Positions 45,825-63,794 of a stretch of 64,000 nucleotides of DNA are shown here, piece by piece (the first letter of the stretch is position 1; every line of letters begins with the position of its first letter). The translations under genes were made by a program, and so were the position numbers. Below the pieces are notes generated by a model, which was given only the letters and a program-made list of their open reading frames with translations, searched no databases and had not been told where the DNA came from. This DNA is from the human T2T-CHM13v2.0 reference genome, Homo sapiens. The DNA lies in assembly GCF_009914755.1 (NCBI RefSeq), contig NC_060943.1. The stretch is one strand, 5' to 3'.

Positions 45825-45995
45825 GATGCGGGATAAGACCCTCATTGAGGAGCAGTGGGAAGATTTCTGCTCCATGCTTGGCACCCACCCACACCTGCGG
45901 CAGCTGGACCTGGGCAGCAGCATCCTGACAGAGCGGGCCATGAAGACCCTGTGTGCCAAGCTGAGGCATCCCACCTGCAAGATACAGACCCTGAT
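45825..45995 (+). CDS. NLRP5: NLRP5 exon 8, LRR
   Basis: catag|G, AT|GTAAGG; 171 nt phase 2-2; HLRQLDLGSSILTE. Confidence 0.95.
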
Positions 45996-46041
45996 GTAAG
46001 GCTGCCCGCCCCCTACGAGAGAATCCCTTCCCATGACGCTA

Positions 46042-46580
<539 letters not shown>

Positions 46581-46755
46581 TCATACACCATTCCCAGTAG
46601 CTGGCCCATCACAGGCACTCAGGTATTCGTTGTTTTAAAAGGAAATACAATTAATTAGAAATTTGCAAGTTAGAATGGGAGAAGGATGGGAAGGAAAAAT
46701 GAGGATACAACTAAACATCACCAGTGTCGAATGTGTCTCCCCTTCCCCATTGCAG

Positions 46756-46923
46756 GTTTAGAAATGCACAGATTACCCCTGGTGTGCAGCACCTCTGGAG
46801 AATCGTCATGGCCAACCGTAACCTAAGATCCCTCAACTTGGGAGGCACCCACCTGAAGGAAGAGGATGTAAGGATGGCGTGTGAAGCCTTAAAACACCCA
46901 AAATGTTTGTTGGAGTCTTTGAG
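46756..46923 (+). CDS. NLRP5: NLRP5 exon 9, LRR
   Basis: ttgcag|G, AG|GTACGT; 168 nt; NLRSLNLGGTHL...ALKHPKCLLESL. Confidence 0.95.
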
Positions 46924-47193
46924 GTACGTCTCTGGTAGAGCTTTTGCCTTGTTTTTCTTCGTTTTTACTTGTGTTTGAAATGATTACATAAAGTGGCAAA
47001 AATTAAAGAGCTGCAAAGATGGAAAAGTTTTGGTGATGGATGGTGGTGACGATTGCAGGAGTTGAGTGCCACTGAATTGCACACCTAAATAGTTAAAATA
47101 GTGCATTCGGTTATAAATACTTTATCACAATTAAAAAAACTCAGTTTCATTAAAAATTGTTCATGCAGAGGCAAGGTCTCGTTTGGTTGCTCA

Positions 47194-47666
<473 letters not shown>

Positions 47667-48146
47667 TCAAAACTGGGAAACAGATCCTGGTATGGTGTGT
47701 GTACATTATTCTATAGCAGTTTATTACATCTAGATTTGTGTAACAGTCACAGTAACCAAGATGCTCTGGGGTCACACACCCCTCCCTAACCGCACCATTC
47801 CTAATCCTCAGGAGCCACGTGTGTCTTCCATCTCTGTATAACCTTGTCATTTTGACAATGCTCTTAAAGTGAAATCGGTGTGGTACATCGTCGCCTGAAA
47901 CTGGCTTTGCTCCATCAGCGCTTGAGATCCACCCAAGCAGTCAAGTGTTACACACTTTCTTCCTTTCTGTTGATGATGGCCATTCAATGCTATGGAGTAC
48001 CACAGTTTAACCATTCACCATCCAGGGACACGTTGGTTGGTTGGTTGGTTGGTCGGTCCCAGTTTGTGGCTCTTACTGTGGTTTGTAAGTCCTGGGAAGG
48101 TGGTTTTTTCATTAGATTAGCTTGGTTTAGAGATACAACTATTTAA

Positions 48147-48415
<269 letters not shown>

Positions 48416-49110
48416 ATAAAGTATTCTGAGACAGACAAGTACAAGCCCTGCTTTGAGCTTTGTTAGCTGGCACATCAACTAACATCGAAGAATAGTAAGA
48501 AAGAAGAAGAATTTGCTTTGTACCATGTGGTGTTTGCCTGGCAGCCAGGGAACTGCACTTTAAGAAGATGTAACCCAGGGAAATTAGCCAAAGCATAAAT
48601 GTTGTCTCAGGACGGAAATGCTGTGCCTGACATCGTGTGGGGTTTATCTGGGAACAGATGGAGGAAGCTGCATGCTCACTCTTTTGCTCACTGTCTGCAC
48701 CACAAGTGCAGAGAGCTGGAGCTTAGATTCAAAGAATAAATAAGATAGACATTGTCGGAAAAGATGGATGGAGGCTATTTGGGGCCAAGGAAGGAAAAAG
48801 CATGAAGTCACTTAGGTCCAGTTTCCTGGAAGTCTAACGAATTTACCTTCTCATAACTCAACTAATGAATTTACCTTCTCATAACTCACAGGGGCAGGAG
48901 TATTGCTCTCTTCTCTTCACTCCTGTATTCCCGGAACCTAGAACTGCTCTTTTCCTGACACCTGGCCCGTATTCCCCAAAGTACTTATTGGATAGAGGGA
49001 TGGGATGATCAGCTAAGTCTCTAAATGGGAGACTTTGACATTGGAAGATGGATTGGGCCACATCGTGAAGGGTTTCCATTCACTATCACATTGAGGAGTT
49101 GGAACTTCCT

Positions 49111-49757
49111 TTATTCAATAACGACAGATGCTTGATTCTGCGTATAGTACATGTTCCAGGGATGTGCTGATGAATGAAACGAGATTCTTTGATTCAATAA
49201 CGACAGATGCTTGATTTTGCATGTAGTACTACGACATGTTCCTGGGACATGCTGATGAATGAATTGAGATTCTTTTTTTTTTTTTTTTTTTTTTGGAGAC
49301 AGAGTCTTGCTCTGTTGCCCAGGCTGGAGTGCAGTGGTGCAATCTCGGCTCATTGCAAGCCCCACCTCCTGGGTTCACGCCATTCTCCTGCCTCAGCCTC
49401 CTAAGTAGCTAGGACTACAGGCGCCCGCCACCACGCCCGGCTAATTTTTTTGTATTTTTTTAAGTAGAGACAGGGTTTCACCAGGTTAGCCAGGATGGTC
49501 TCGATCTCCTGACCTCGTGATCTGCCCGCCTCGGCCTCCCAAAGTGCTGGGATTACAGGCTTGAGCCACTGCGCCTGGCTGAGATTCTTTCATTCAATAA
49601 CGACAGATGCTTGATTCTGTGTGTAGTAGTATGACATGTTCCTGGGACATGCTGATAAATGAAACGAGATTGTTTTATTCAATAACGACAGACGCTTGAT
49701 TCTGCGTGTAGTACTACGACATGTTCCAGAGATGTGCTGATGAACAAAACGAGATTC
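49111..49757. repeat. Four-copy ~80-bp tandem repeat with AluY (-49273-49579) inserted
   Basis: Unit attcaataacgacagatgcttgatt...catgttcc...gctgatgaa...gagatt; Alu TSD tgagattcttt. Confidence 0.9.
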
Positions 49758-49863
49758 CTGCTCTCATGGTGCTCACAGGCCAGCACAGGGAGAGCAGAAC
49801 AAGACAAAAAGAATGATGTGTGCACACACACGGCAGGAGCATGTATAGGCTTGGAGAGCTCTA

Positions 49864-50191
<328 letters not shown>

Positions 50192-50627
50192 ACCTGCTTC
50201 CTTCATCTCTGCCCTAGCCAGGTACTGGCCTAAGTGTTTCGTGGCTATTCTAATATTCTAATCCTCACAACCATCGCTGAGGTTGGTAGTGCTGTTGTCC
50301 TCATTTCCAGGGCATAAACTGAGTTGCAGAGATGCTAAGCTATTCGGTTAACAGGGAATTAAGTGATGTGTTAGATTTGGGGGTGGATGTGCTGGCTCGT
50401 GGGGTAGCTGTGTACGTTCCTCTTTCGTAAATACTGCCGGTCATCCCGGAAGCTCGTGCCCTTCAGCAAATGCTCGAGTGCCCTTTGTGTACCAGGCACC
50501 GTCGCAGCTGCCGAGGGGACCATAGAGAACAAAGCAACCAGGCCTCCACCTTCATGGAGATGACATTCTAGGAAGGAAGACAGGCAGGAAACAAGCACTA
50601 ACATAAGTATGTGGAACGTTGGGTGGA

Positions 50628-50928
50628 GGCCGGGCACAGTGGCTCATGCCTGTAATCCAGTGCTTTGGGAGGCCAAGGCGGGTGGAGCACAAGGTCAGGA
50701 GTTTGAGACCAGCCTGGCCAACATGATGAAACCCCGTGTGTACTAAAAATACAAAAATTAGCCAGGTATGGTGGTGGGCACCTGTAATCCCAGCTACTCA
50801 GGAGGCTGAGGCAGGAGACTCGCTTCAATCCGGGAGATGGAGATTGCAGTGAGCCAAGATTGCGCCACTGCACTCCAGCCTGGGTGACAAGAGCAAGACC
50901 CTGTCTCAAAAAAAAAAAAAAAAAAAAA
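50628..50928 (+). mobile_element. Alu
   Basis: Alu consensus. Confidence 0.9.
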
Positions 50929-51238
50929 TGTTGGCTGGGGTGGGTTGCTATGAATGTTGAGACAATGGAGGGAAGTGGGGTAGGCACCATTTAAGGTCTG
51001 GCTTACCCGAAAGGCGACCTTCAAGAGACATGAAAGGACGTGAACCCCATGAAAACCTGAGGGAGGGAGGAGGGGAGGTTGCACTGGAAGGAACAGCAAC
51101 TTCTCAGGCCCGGAGGCAGGAGCAGACAGAGTTCGAGGACCAGGAAAACGGCCAGCGCTGCTGGCGTGTGCTGAGTAGAGGGGAAATGGGCTGCTTTGGA
51201 CAAGAGCTGGGATTGCTTCATGCTGCCTGTCTCTGCAG

Positions 51239-51409
51239 GCTGGATTGCTGTGGATTGACCCATGCCTGTTACCTGAAGATCTCCCAAATCCTTACGACCT
51301 CCCCCAGCCTGAAATCTCTGAGCCTGGCAGGAAACAAGGTGACAGACCAGGGAGTAATGCCTCTCAGTGATGCCTTGAGAGTCTCCCAGTGCGCCCTGCA
51401 GAAGCTGAT
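51239..51409 (+). CDS. NLRP5: NLRP5 exon 10, LRR
   Basis: ctgcag|G, AT|GTGAGT; 171 nt; LDCCGLT...[16 protein letters not shown]. Confidence 0.95.
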
Positions 51410-52844
51410 GTGAGTGCCACTTCCTTTCCACCAGGATTATCGTAACTTCCACCAGGATTATCGTAACTTCGATTCTCCAGGTCATGGTGGGAGGGAAATG
51501 AGCAGATGTACAAACCAGGGGTGAGGAAGGAAGTTGGGACCTCCCAAGACCTGCCCAGTGTGGGGTGTAAGAGTGACCTGAAAAACATCTGTTCTTGCTC
51601 CCAAACTCTAAATGGAGATAAAAGGTGGACGCGGGAATCAGCCAGGTGGAAATTGCATAATGACCTTCCCTCCTGATAAAGCTCTCCTGGGCGTGAGGCT
51701 TATGTGTGCAGCTTGCACTGTGGGTTAGTGAATGCTTGGCCCCACCACTGGAGAGGTATACCCACTCAGTCACTCAAAGAACATGGGTGGCGGTCAGGCT
51801 CCCCTCTGCCTGGTAAAGTCCAGGCCAGAGCTCATGCATTCTGGGCTTCTGGGCACAGAGAGGCTCAAAAAGGAGGAGGGTCACCCAAAATCCCAATCCC
51901 ACCTCCTTCTATGGAGACGAGGGAGCCCAGAGCAGGGATGAACCCAGGCCTGTGTTGTTGTAGCAGAAGGGCCTCCGAGTGGAAACGCAGGGGGCAGCAG
52001 TTCTGCACCCCTAACACCTAAAGGGATATCACTTCTTTCCTTTTCCGTGTCAGAGTTTTGTTGTTGCCCAGGCTGAGTGCAGTGGTAAGATCCTAGCTCA
52101 CTACAGCCTCAACTCTTGGGCCCAAGTGATCCTCCCGTCTTGGCCTCCTGAAGTTCTGGGACTACAGGTGTGAGCCACCATGCCTGGCCCACTTGCTTAC
52201 TGATAACTGATCTAGGGAGGGGAGGCGAAGCAGCAGCAACAGTTACAGCAACCACTATTCAATGCTTACTGAGCTGTGCCAAGCACAGCGCTAAAATCCC
52301 TCCAACCCTTCCTCGCTGAGTTCTCAAAACAGGTCTACGGAGCAGGTGCTGTTGATAACCCTATCGACAGATGAGACAGCTTCAGAAAGGCTGTGTCACT
52401 TGTCCACAGTTGGACGGTGCTCAGATGGTGATGCCGGGAGTCAAGGGTGGGGCTAATTCAGCTGAGCCACCCAGCGTGGCAGCCATTATCCACGTGTGGC
52501 CAGCCAAATCTAAATTAAATGGGAAAGTCAGTTTCCTCATCACACTAGACCCATGTCAAGAGCTCAGTAGCCATGTGGGGCTAGCAGCTCCCATTCTGGA
52601 CAGCACAGCTCTAGGTGACCTTTAATCTTACCTGGATGGCAGTGCTGGTATCAGCAGTGAGACATCCAGGCTCAGAGGGTGACATCTGAGCTCTCGATCA
52701 CACCCTGAGCTCTCGATCTTGGGTGTCATATTCTCAAGGGGAAGGGGCGTTCACTCCAAGTTCTCTTTACGGGAAAACACCTATCACTCATGTAGCAGAC
52801 TGTTTCTGGAATCACTTCAGTGCTACATAAAAAGCTGCTTAAAT

Positions 52845-53812
<968 letters not shown>

Positions 53813-54135
53813 ATTGGAAAAATTACTCATTCCGGCAAAGCCTTACATCATAGCCATGTGGGGACTGGAAATGGCTGAGCAGTGATTGTTGCCCAGCCAT
53901 TCCCCATTGTGACTGGCAGATCTAATCACCCACAATACTTAGAGTATTCTTTTGGGGCTGATGCACTGGAGTTGAGTTTGCAAGTTAAAGGCAGAGAGGA
54001 TGCGACTTCACCATATGTCTGCAAGGACATGCCAACTATGGGGGTGATACGTCTTTCCCCTCCTTGTAAAGGAGGGAAAGATGGAACTTTAAGAAGGCAT
54101 CTCATCATGTCCTCTCTGGGGCTCTCTTCTTGCAG

Positions 54136-54306
54136 ACTGGAGGACTGTGGCATCACAGCCACGGGTTGCCAGAGTCTGGCCTCAGCCCTCGTCAGCAACC
54201 GGAGCTTGACACACCTGTGCCTATCCAACAACAGCCTGGGGAACGAAGGTGTAAATCTACTGTGTCGATCCATGAGGCTTCCCCACTGTAGTCTGCAGAG
54301 GCTGAT
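54136..54306 (+). CDS. NLRP5: NLRP5 exon 11, LRR
   Basis: ttgcag|A, AT|GTGAGT; 171 nt; LEDCGIT...LTHLCLSNNSLGNEG. Confidence 0.95.
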
Positions 54307-54527
54307 GTGAGTCTGGCTTGCTCCCCTGCAAGGACTTCCTAGCTTTCTAACATAGCATGGTGTAGCTCTCAAAGCAGAAGGCAGTGGGGAGGGGGTGTGG
54401 ACATCATCACATGAAGGGACCTGGTATATGCTGAATTCTGTCCATGTCTCCTAGGTTTCATCCTTTCTTGGAAAATTCTGTGTCTGCCTTTGTGTTATCT
54501 TACAGTGGGAAGTCATTTGTTCAAGGA

Positions 54528-55450
<923 letters not shown>

Positions 55451-57241
55451 TTGATTACTACTGCATTTATTAGTTGCTAGTGATACAGACACAATACAGA
55501 TGCAGTTCTCATTATTTTTCCAAAAGTTATTGGGGTACAGGTGGTTACATGAGTAAGTTCTTTTCTTGTTGTGTTTTGAGACAGTTTGGCTCTGTCACCC
55601 AGGTTGGAGTGGCATGGCGCAATCTCAGCTCACTGCAACCTCCACCTCCCCTCCCAGGTTCAAGCGATTCTCCTGCTTCAGCCTCCCAAGTAGATGAGAT
55701 TACAGCTGTGCACTACCACACTTGGCTACTTTTTGTATTTTTAGTAGAGGCAGGGTTTCACCATGTTGTCTAGGCTTGTCTTGAACTCCTGACCACAGGT
55801 GATCTGCCTGCCTCCCAGAGTGCTGGGATTACAGGCATGAGCCACCATGCCCAGCCAGGTTACATGAGTAAGTTCTTTAGTGGTGATTTGTGATATTTTG
55901 GTGCACCCATCACTCAAGCAGTGTACACTGCACCATGTTTGAAGTCTTTTATCCCTCGCCTCCCTCCCATTCTTCCCCCAAAATCCCCAAAGTCCATTGT
56001 ATCATTCTTATGCCTTTGTGTCCTCATAGCTTAGCTCCCACATATCAGTGAAAATATACGATGTTTGGTTTTCCATTCCTGAGTTACTTCACTTAGAATA
56101 ATAGTCTCCAACTCATCCAGGTCACTGCAAATGCTGTTAATTCATTCCTTTTTATGGCTGCATAGTATTCCATCATATATGTATGTGTGTGTGTGTGTGT
56201 TTCTTTATCCACTCATTGATTGATGGGTATTTGGGTTGGTTCCACGATTTTGCAATTGTCAGTTGTCCTGCTATAAATATATGGGTACAAGTATCTTTTT
56301 CGAATATTGACTACTTTTTCTCTGGGTGGATGCCCAGTAGTGGGATTGCTGGGTCAAATGGTAGTTGTACTTTTAGTTCTTTAAGGAATCTCCACACTGC
56401 TTTCCATAGCGGCTGTACTAGTTTACTTTCCCACCAGCAGAGTGGATGCGTTCCCTGATCACCACATCCACCCCAGCATCTACTGTTTTTTTATGTTTTG
56501 ATTATGGCCATTCTTGCAAGGGCGATGTGGTATCACATTGTGGTTTTGATTGCATTTCCCTGATTATTAGTGATGTTGAGCCTTTTTCATACGTTTGTTG
56601 GCCATTTGTATATCTTGAGAATTGTCTATTCATGTCCTTAGCCCACTTTTTGATGGGATTGTTTTTTCTTGGATTTGTTTGAGTTCGTTGTAGACTCGAC
56701 TCTAGATTGTGAAGATTTTCTCCTACTCTATGGATTGTCTGTTTACTCTGCTGACTATTCTTTTTTTGAGATGGAGTCTCGCTCTGTCGCCCAGGCTGCA
56801 GTGCAGTGGCGTGATCTCCGGTCACTGCAAGCTCTGCCTCCTGGGTTCATGCCATTCTCCTGCCTCAGCCTCTCGAGTAGCTGGTAGCTGGGACTACAGG
56901 CGCCCACCACCACACCCGGCTAATTTTTTTGTGTGTGTTTTTAGTAGAGACAGGGTTTCACCACGTTAGCCAGGATGGTCTCGATCTCCTGACCTTGTGA
57001 TTTGCCCTCCTCAGCCTCCCAAAGTGCTGGGATTACAGGCGTGAGCTACCACGCCTGGCCTCTGCTGACTATTCTTTTGCTGTGCAAAAGCTCTTTGGTT
57101 CAATTAGGTCCCAGCTATTTATCTTTATTTTTATTGCATTCACTTTTGGGTTCTTGGTCATGAAATCCTTGCCTAAGCCAATGTCTCGAAGGGTTTTTCC
57201 CATGTTATCTTCTAGAATTTTTAGAATTTTTATAGTTTTAA

Positions 57242-57376
<135 letters not shown>

Positions 57377-58460
57377 TAGCTGAGATTACAGGCACCCGCC
57401 ACCATGCCCAGCTAATTTTTGTATTTTTAGTAGAGACGGGGTTTCACTGTGTTAGCCAGGCTGGTCTCGAACTCCTGATATGCCCACCTCAGCCTCCCAA
57501 AGTGCTGGGATTACAGGCGTGAGCCGCCACACCCGGCCAGGTTTAAGTCTCTAATACATCTTGAGCTGATTTTTGTGTTAGGTGAGAGATGAGGATCCGG
57601 TTTCATTCTCCGACATGTGGCTAGCCAATTATCTCAGCACCGTTTGTCGAAAAGGGTGTCCTTTCTCCACTTTAGGTTTTTGTTTGCTTTGTTGAAGATC
57701 CGTTGGCTGTAAGTATTTGGGTTTATTTCTGGGTTCTGTATTCTGTTTCGTTGGTCTATGTGCCTATTTTTGCACGAGTACCACACTGTTTTGGTGACTA
57801 TGCCTTATAGTTTGAAATCAGGTAGTGTGATGCCTCCAGATTTGTTCTTTTTGCTGAGTTTTGCTTTGGCCACGCTGGCTCTTTCTTTGGTTCCATTTGA
57901 ATTTTAGAATTGTTTAATTCTGTGAAGAATGATGGTGGTATTTTGATGGGGATTGCGTTGAATTTTGTAGATTGCTTTGGCAGCATAGTCATTTTCACAA
58001 TATTGATTCTACCCATCCATGAGCATGGGATGTGTGTCCATTTGTTCGTGTCGTCTGTGATTTCTTTCAGCAATGTTTTGTAGTTTTCCTTGTAGAGGTC
58101 TTTTACCTCCTTGGTTAGGTATATTCCCAAGTTGTGTTGTGTTGTGTTGTGTTTTGCAGCTGTTGTAAAAGGGGTTGAGTTCTTGATTTGATTCTCCGCT
58201 TGGTTGCTGTTGGTGTATAGAACTATTGATTTGTGTACATTAATCTTGTATCTGGACACTTGAATTATTTTATCAGTTCTAGGAGCTTTCTGGAGGAGTC
58301 CTTAGAGCTTTCAAGGTAAACATTCATATTGTCAGCAAACAGTGACAGTTTGACTTTCCTGACTTGGATGCCCTTTTTATCTTTCTCTCGTCTGATTACT
58401 CTGGCTAGGACTTCCAGTACTGTGTTGAAGAGGAGTAGTGAGAGTGGGCATCCTTGTCTT

Positions 58461-59206
58461 TGTTATGCATGCATCTAAGTGAAGAGACAACCTGAACAGG
58501 CTAAGTGTGAGCAACAAGGATGTGTATTCACTTGGGTGTGAGCGGGCTGAGTCTGAAAAGAGAGTCAGCGAAGGGTGATGGGATTGCAGCTAGTTTTTTT
58601 TTCTTTTTTTTATTATACTTTAAGTTTTAGGGTACATGTGCACAACATGCAGGTTAGTTACATATGTATACATGTGGCATGTTGGTATGCACCCATTAAC
58701 TCATCATTTAACATTAGATATATCTCGTAATGCTATCCCTCCTCCGACCCCACAACAGGCCCCAGTGTGTGATGTTCCCCTTCCTGTGTCCATGTGTTCT
58801 CATTGTTCAATTCCCACCTATGAGTTGAGAACATGTGGTGTTTGGTTTTTTGTCCTTGGGATAGTCTGGAGCTAGTTTTATCGGTTAGGGATAAGCAGTG
58901 GAAAGTAACAGTCTGGGACCGTTTATTGCGGGCAGGGGAAGAATGTCACATGGTACACTGTCACGAGGTGGGAGGGGTCACAGGGCACAATGCCACAAGG
59001 TTGATTGATCAGTTAGGGTAGAGCATGTTACAATGATAGAATGTTGCAGGTTGGCTAATCAGCTAAGACAGGAGCTAGCTGTTTTTCTTCTGTGGTTTTC
59101 CTGTTATCCTAGACTTTCTGGCTCCAAGAGGCCTTCTGGATGTGTACATGTGGGTCACAGAGGTCACCATGGCTTGACCATGGTGCATCCTGCTCAGAAG
59201 ACCTCA
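58461..59206 (-). mobile_element. Solo ERV1 LTR (LTR7/LTR9-like) with L1PA 3' fragment (58598-58866) inserted
   Basis: TG...CA termini, TSD gtctt (58456-60, 59207-11); gtgaagagacaacc...gggctgagtctgaaaagagagtcagcgaaggg resembles HERV-H-clade LTR R/U5. Confidence 0.8.
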
Positions 59207-59582
59207 GTCTTATTCCAGTTCTCAAAGGGAATGCTTTCAACTTTTCCCCATTCAGTATTATGTTGGCTGTGGGTTTGTCATAGATAGCTTTTATTACATG
59301 AAGGTATGTCCCTTGTATGCCAACTTTGCTGAGAGTTTTAATCATAAAGCATTGCTGGATTTTGTCGAATGCTTTTCCTGCATCTATTGAAATCACGTGA
59401 TTTTTATTTTTAATTCAGTTTATGTGGTGTATCACATTTATTGACTTGTACATGTTAAACCATCCCTGGTATGAAACCCACTTGATCATGGTGGATTATC
59501 TGACATGTTGTTGGATTTGGTTAGCTAGTATTTTGTTAAGGATTTTAGCATCTATGTTCATCAAGGATATTGCTTTGTAGTT

Positions 59583-59583
<1 letters not shown>

Positions 59584-59622
<39 letters not shown>
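59584..59622. repeat. (TG)n microsatellite
   Basis: Directly visible. Confidence 0.9.
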
Positions 59623-59624
<2 letters not shown>

Positions 59625-59674
59625 CTGTTATGTCCTTCCCTGGTGTTGGTATTAGGGTGATGCTGGCTTCATAG

Positions 59675-59967
<293 letters not shown>

Positions 59968-62173
59968 TGATCTGCCCGCCTCGGCCTCCCAAAGTGCTGG
60001 GATCACAGGCGTGAGCCATCGCGCCCAGCCACCACTTCTTCTTTGAACGTCTGGTAGAATTCTATGAATCCGTCTGGTCCTGGACTTGTTGGTAATTTTT
60101 AAATTACCATTTCAATCTCACTGCTTGTTACTGGTCTGTTCAGGATATCTAATTCTTCCTGATTTAAGCTAGGAGGGTTGGATCTTTCTAGGAATTTATC
60201 CATGTCTTCTAGGTTTTCTAGTTTATGTGCATAAAGGTGTTCCTTATAGCCTTGAATGATCTTTTGTATTTCAGTGGTGTCAGTTGTAGTATCTCCTGTT
60301 CCATTTCTCAGTGAGGTTATTTGGATTTTCTCTTCTCTTCTTGGTTAATCTTGCCAATAGTCTATCAATTTTATATTTTCAAAGAACCAGCTTTTTGTTT
60401 CATTTATCTTTTGTATTTTTTTGTTTCAGTTTCACTTAATTCTGCTCTGATCTTGGTTATTTCCTTTCTTCTGCTGGGTTTGGGGTTGGTTTGCTCTTGT
60501 TTCTCTACTTCCTTGAGGGTGTGACCTTATAGTATCAGTTGATGCTCTTTCAGCCTTTTTGATGTAGGCGTTGAGGGCTATGAACCTGTTAGCACTGCCT
60601 TTGCTGTATCCCAGAGGTTTTGATAGATTGTGTCATTGTTGTTCAGTCTGAAGAATTTTTTAATTTCTGTATTGATTTCATTTTTGACCCAGTGCTCATT
60701 CAGGAGCAGGTTATTTAATTTCCACGTGTTTGCATGGTTTTGAAGGTTCCTTTTGGAGTTGATTTCCAGTTTTATTCCACTGTGGTCTGAGAGAGTGCTT
60801 GATAAAATTTCAATTTTCTTAAATTTATTGAAGCTCATTCTATGGCCTGTTATGGTCTATCTTGGAGAAGGTTCCATGCACTGTTGATTAGAATGTGTAT
60901 TCTGCAGTTGTTGGATGAAATGTTCTGTATAGATCTGTTATGTCCATTTGTTCCAAAGTATAGTTTAAATCCATTGTTTCTTTGACTTTCTGTCTTCATG
61001 ACCTGTCCAGTGCTGTTAGTGGAGTATTGAAGTCCCCCAGTATTACTGTGTTGCTATCTATCTCATTTTTTAGGTCTATTAGCAATTGTTTTATGAATTT
61101 AGGACCTGCAGTGTTAGGCACATGTATGTTTAGAATTTTGATATTTTCCTGTTGGACAAGGATTATATAATTATATAATGTCCCTTTTTGTCTCCTTAAC
61201 TGCTGTTGCTTTAACGTTTGTTTCATCTGATCTAAGAATAGTTACCCCTGCTCGCTTTTGGTGTCCATTTGCATGAAATGCCTTTTTGCACCCCTTTACT
61301 TTATGTGAGTCTTTATGTGCTAGGTGAGTCTCCTGAAGGCAGCAGATGGTTGGTTGGTGAGTTTTTTATTCTGCATTCTGTATCTTTTAAGTGGAGCGTT
61401 TGGACCGTTTACATTCAGTGTTAGGATGGAGATGTGAGGTACCATTGCATTCATCGTTCTCTTTGTTGCCTGTGTACCTTGGGTTTTGTTTTTTGTTTTT
61501 GCTTTTTAACTTATATTTTTGTTTTGTAAGTCCTGTGTGATTTATGCTTTAAAGAGGTTCTGTTTTGATGTGTTTCCAGGATTTGTTTCAAGATTTAGAG
61601 CTCCTTTTAGTGGAGTCTTGGTAATGGCAAAATTTCTCAGCATTTGTCTGTCTGAAAAAGACTGTATCTTTCCTTCATATAAAATGCTTAGTTTTGCTGG
61701 ATACAAAATTCTTGGCTGATACTTGTTTTGTTCAAGGAAGCTGAAGATAGGGCCCCAATCCCTTCTGGCTTGCAGGGTTTCTGTTGAGAAATCTGTTAAT
61801 CTGATAGGTTTTCCTTCATAGGTTACCTGGTGCTTCTGTCTCACCGTTCTTAAGATTCTTTCCTTCATCTTAATTTTAGATAAGCTGATGACAATGTGCC
61901 TAGGTGAAGATCTTTTTGTGATTAATTTCCTGGGTGTTCTTTGTGCTTCTTGTATTTGGATGTCTAGTTCTCTAGAAAGGCCAGGGAAGTTTTCCTCAAT
62001 TATGCACCCAAATATGTTTTCCAGGCCTTTAGAATTCTTTTTTCTCAGGAATACCAATTATTCTTAGGTTTGCATTTAACATAATCCCAGACTTCTGGAG
62101 GCTTTGTTCAAATATTCTTTTTTCTGTCTTTGGTGGATTGGGTTAATTCAAAGACCTTGACTTCAAGCTCTGA

Positions 62174-62623
<450 letters not shown>

Positions 62624-63204
62624 TGATCCACCCACCTCAGCCACCCAAAGTGCTGAGATTATAGGCATGAGCCACCGTGCCCAGCCTGTATTTTTAGTAG
62701 AGATAAGGTTTCACCATGTTGGCCAGGATGGTCTCGAACTCTTGACCTGGTGATCCTCCCGCCTTGGCCTCCCAAAGTGCTGCTGGGATTACAGGTGTGA
62801 GCCACCGTGCCCAGCCTGAATTTCTTTCTTCTACTTGTTCAATTCTATTGCTGAGACTTTCCAGACCATTTCGCATTTCTAAAAATGTGTCTAAAGTTTC
62901 CTGATTTTTTTTTATTGTTTTTAAGCTATTTCCTTGAATATTTCTCCCTTTGCTTGTATCATATTTTGGATTTCCTTGTATTGGGCTTCACATTTCTCTA
63001 ATCCCTCTCTGATTAGCTTAATAACTAAGCTCCTGTATTTTTTCAGGAAATTCGAGGATGTCTTCTTGGTTTGAATCCATTGCTGGTGAACTAGTGTGAT
63101 TTTGGGGGGATGTTAAAGAGCCTTGTTTTGTCATATTACCAGAGTTGGTTTTCTGCCTCCTTCTCATTTGGGTAGGTTCTGTCAGAGGGAAGGTCTTAAA
63201 CCTG

Positions 63205-63560
<356 letters not shown>

Positions 63561-63623
63561 TCACTTGAGGCCATGCTGGGGAATGAGCGTCACGATCTTC
63601 TTTCCCATGTGTGTGCCCCACAG

Positions 63624-63794
63624 GCTGAATCAGTGCCACCTGGACACGGCTGGCTGTGGTTTTCTTGCACTTGCGCTTATGGGTAACTCATGGCTGACGC
63701 ACCTGAGCCTTAGCATGAACCCTGTGGAAGACAATGGCGTGAAGCTTCTGTGCGAGGTCATGAGAGAACCATCTTGTCATCTCCAGGACCTGGA
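63624..63794 (+). CDS. NLRP5: NLRP5 exon 12, LRR (gene continues past window)
   Basis: cacag|G, GA|GTGAGT; 171 nt; LTHLSLSMNPVEDNGVKLLCE. Confidence 0.95.

Noticed and set aside
51021-51773. 250-aa antisense ORF over exon 10
   Set aside because: No recognisable domain, shadow of a GC-rich coding region, no promoter or splice support
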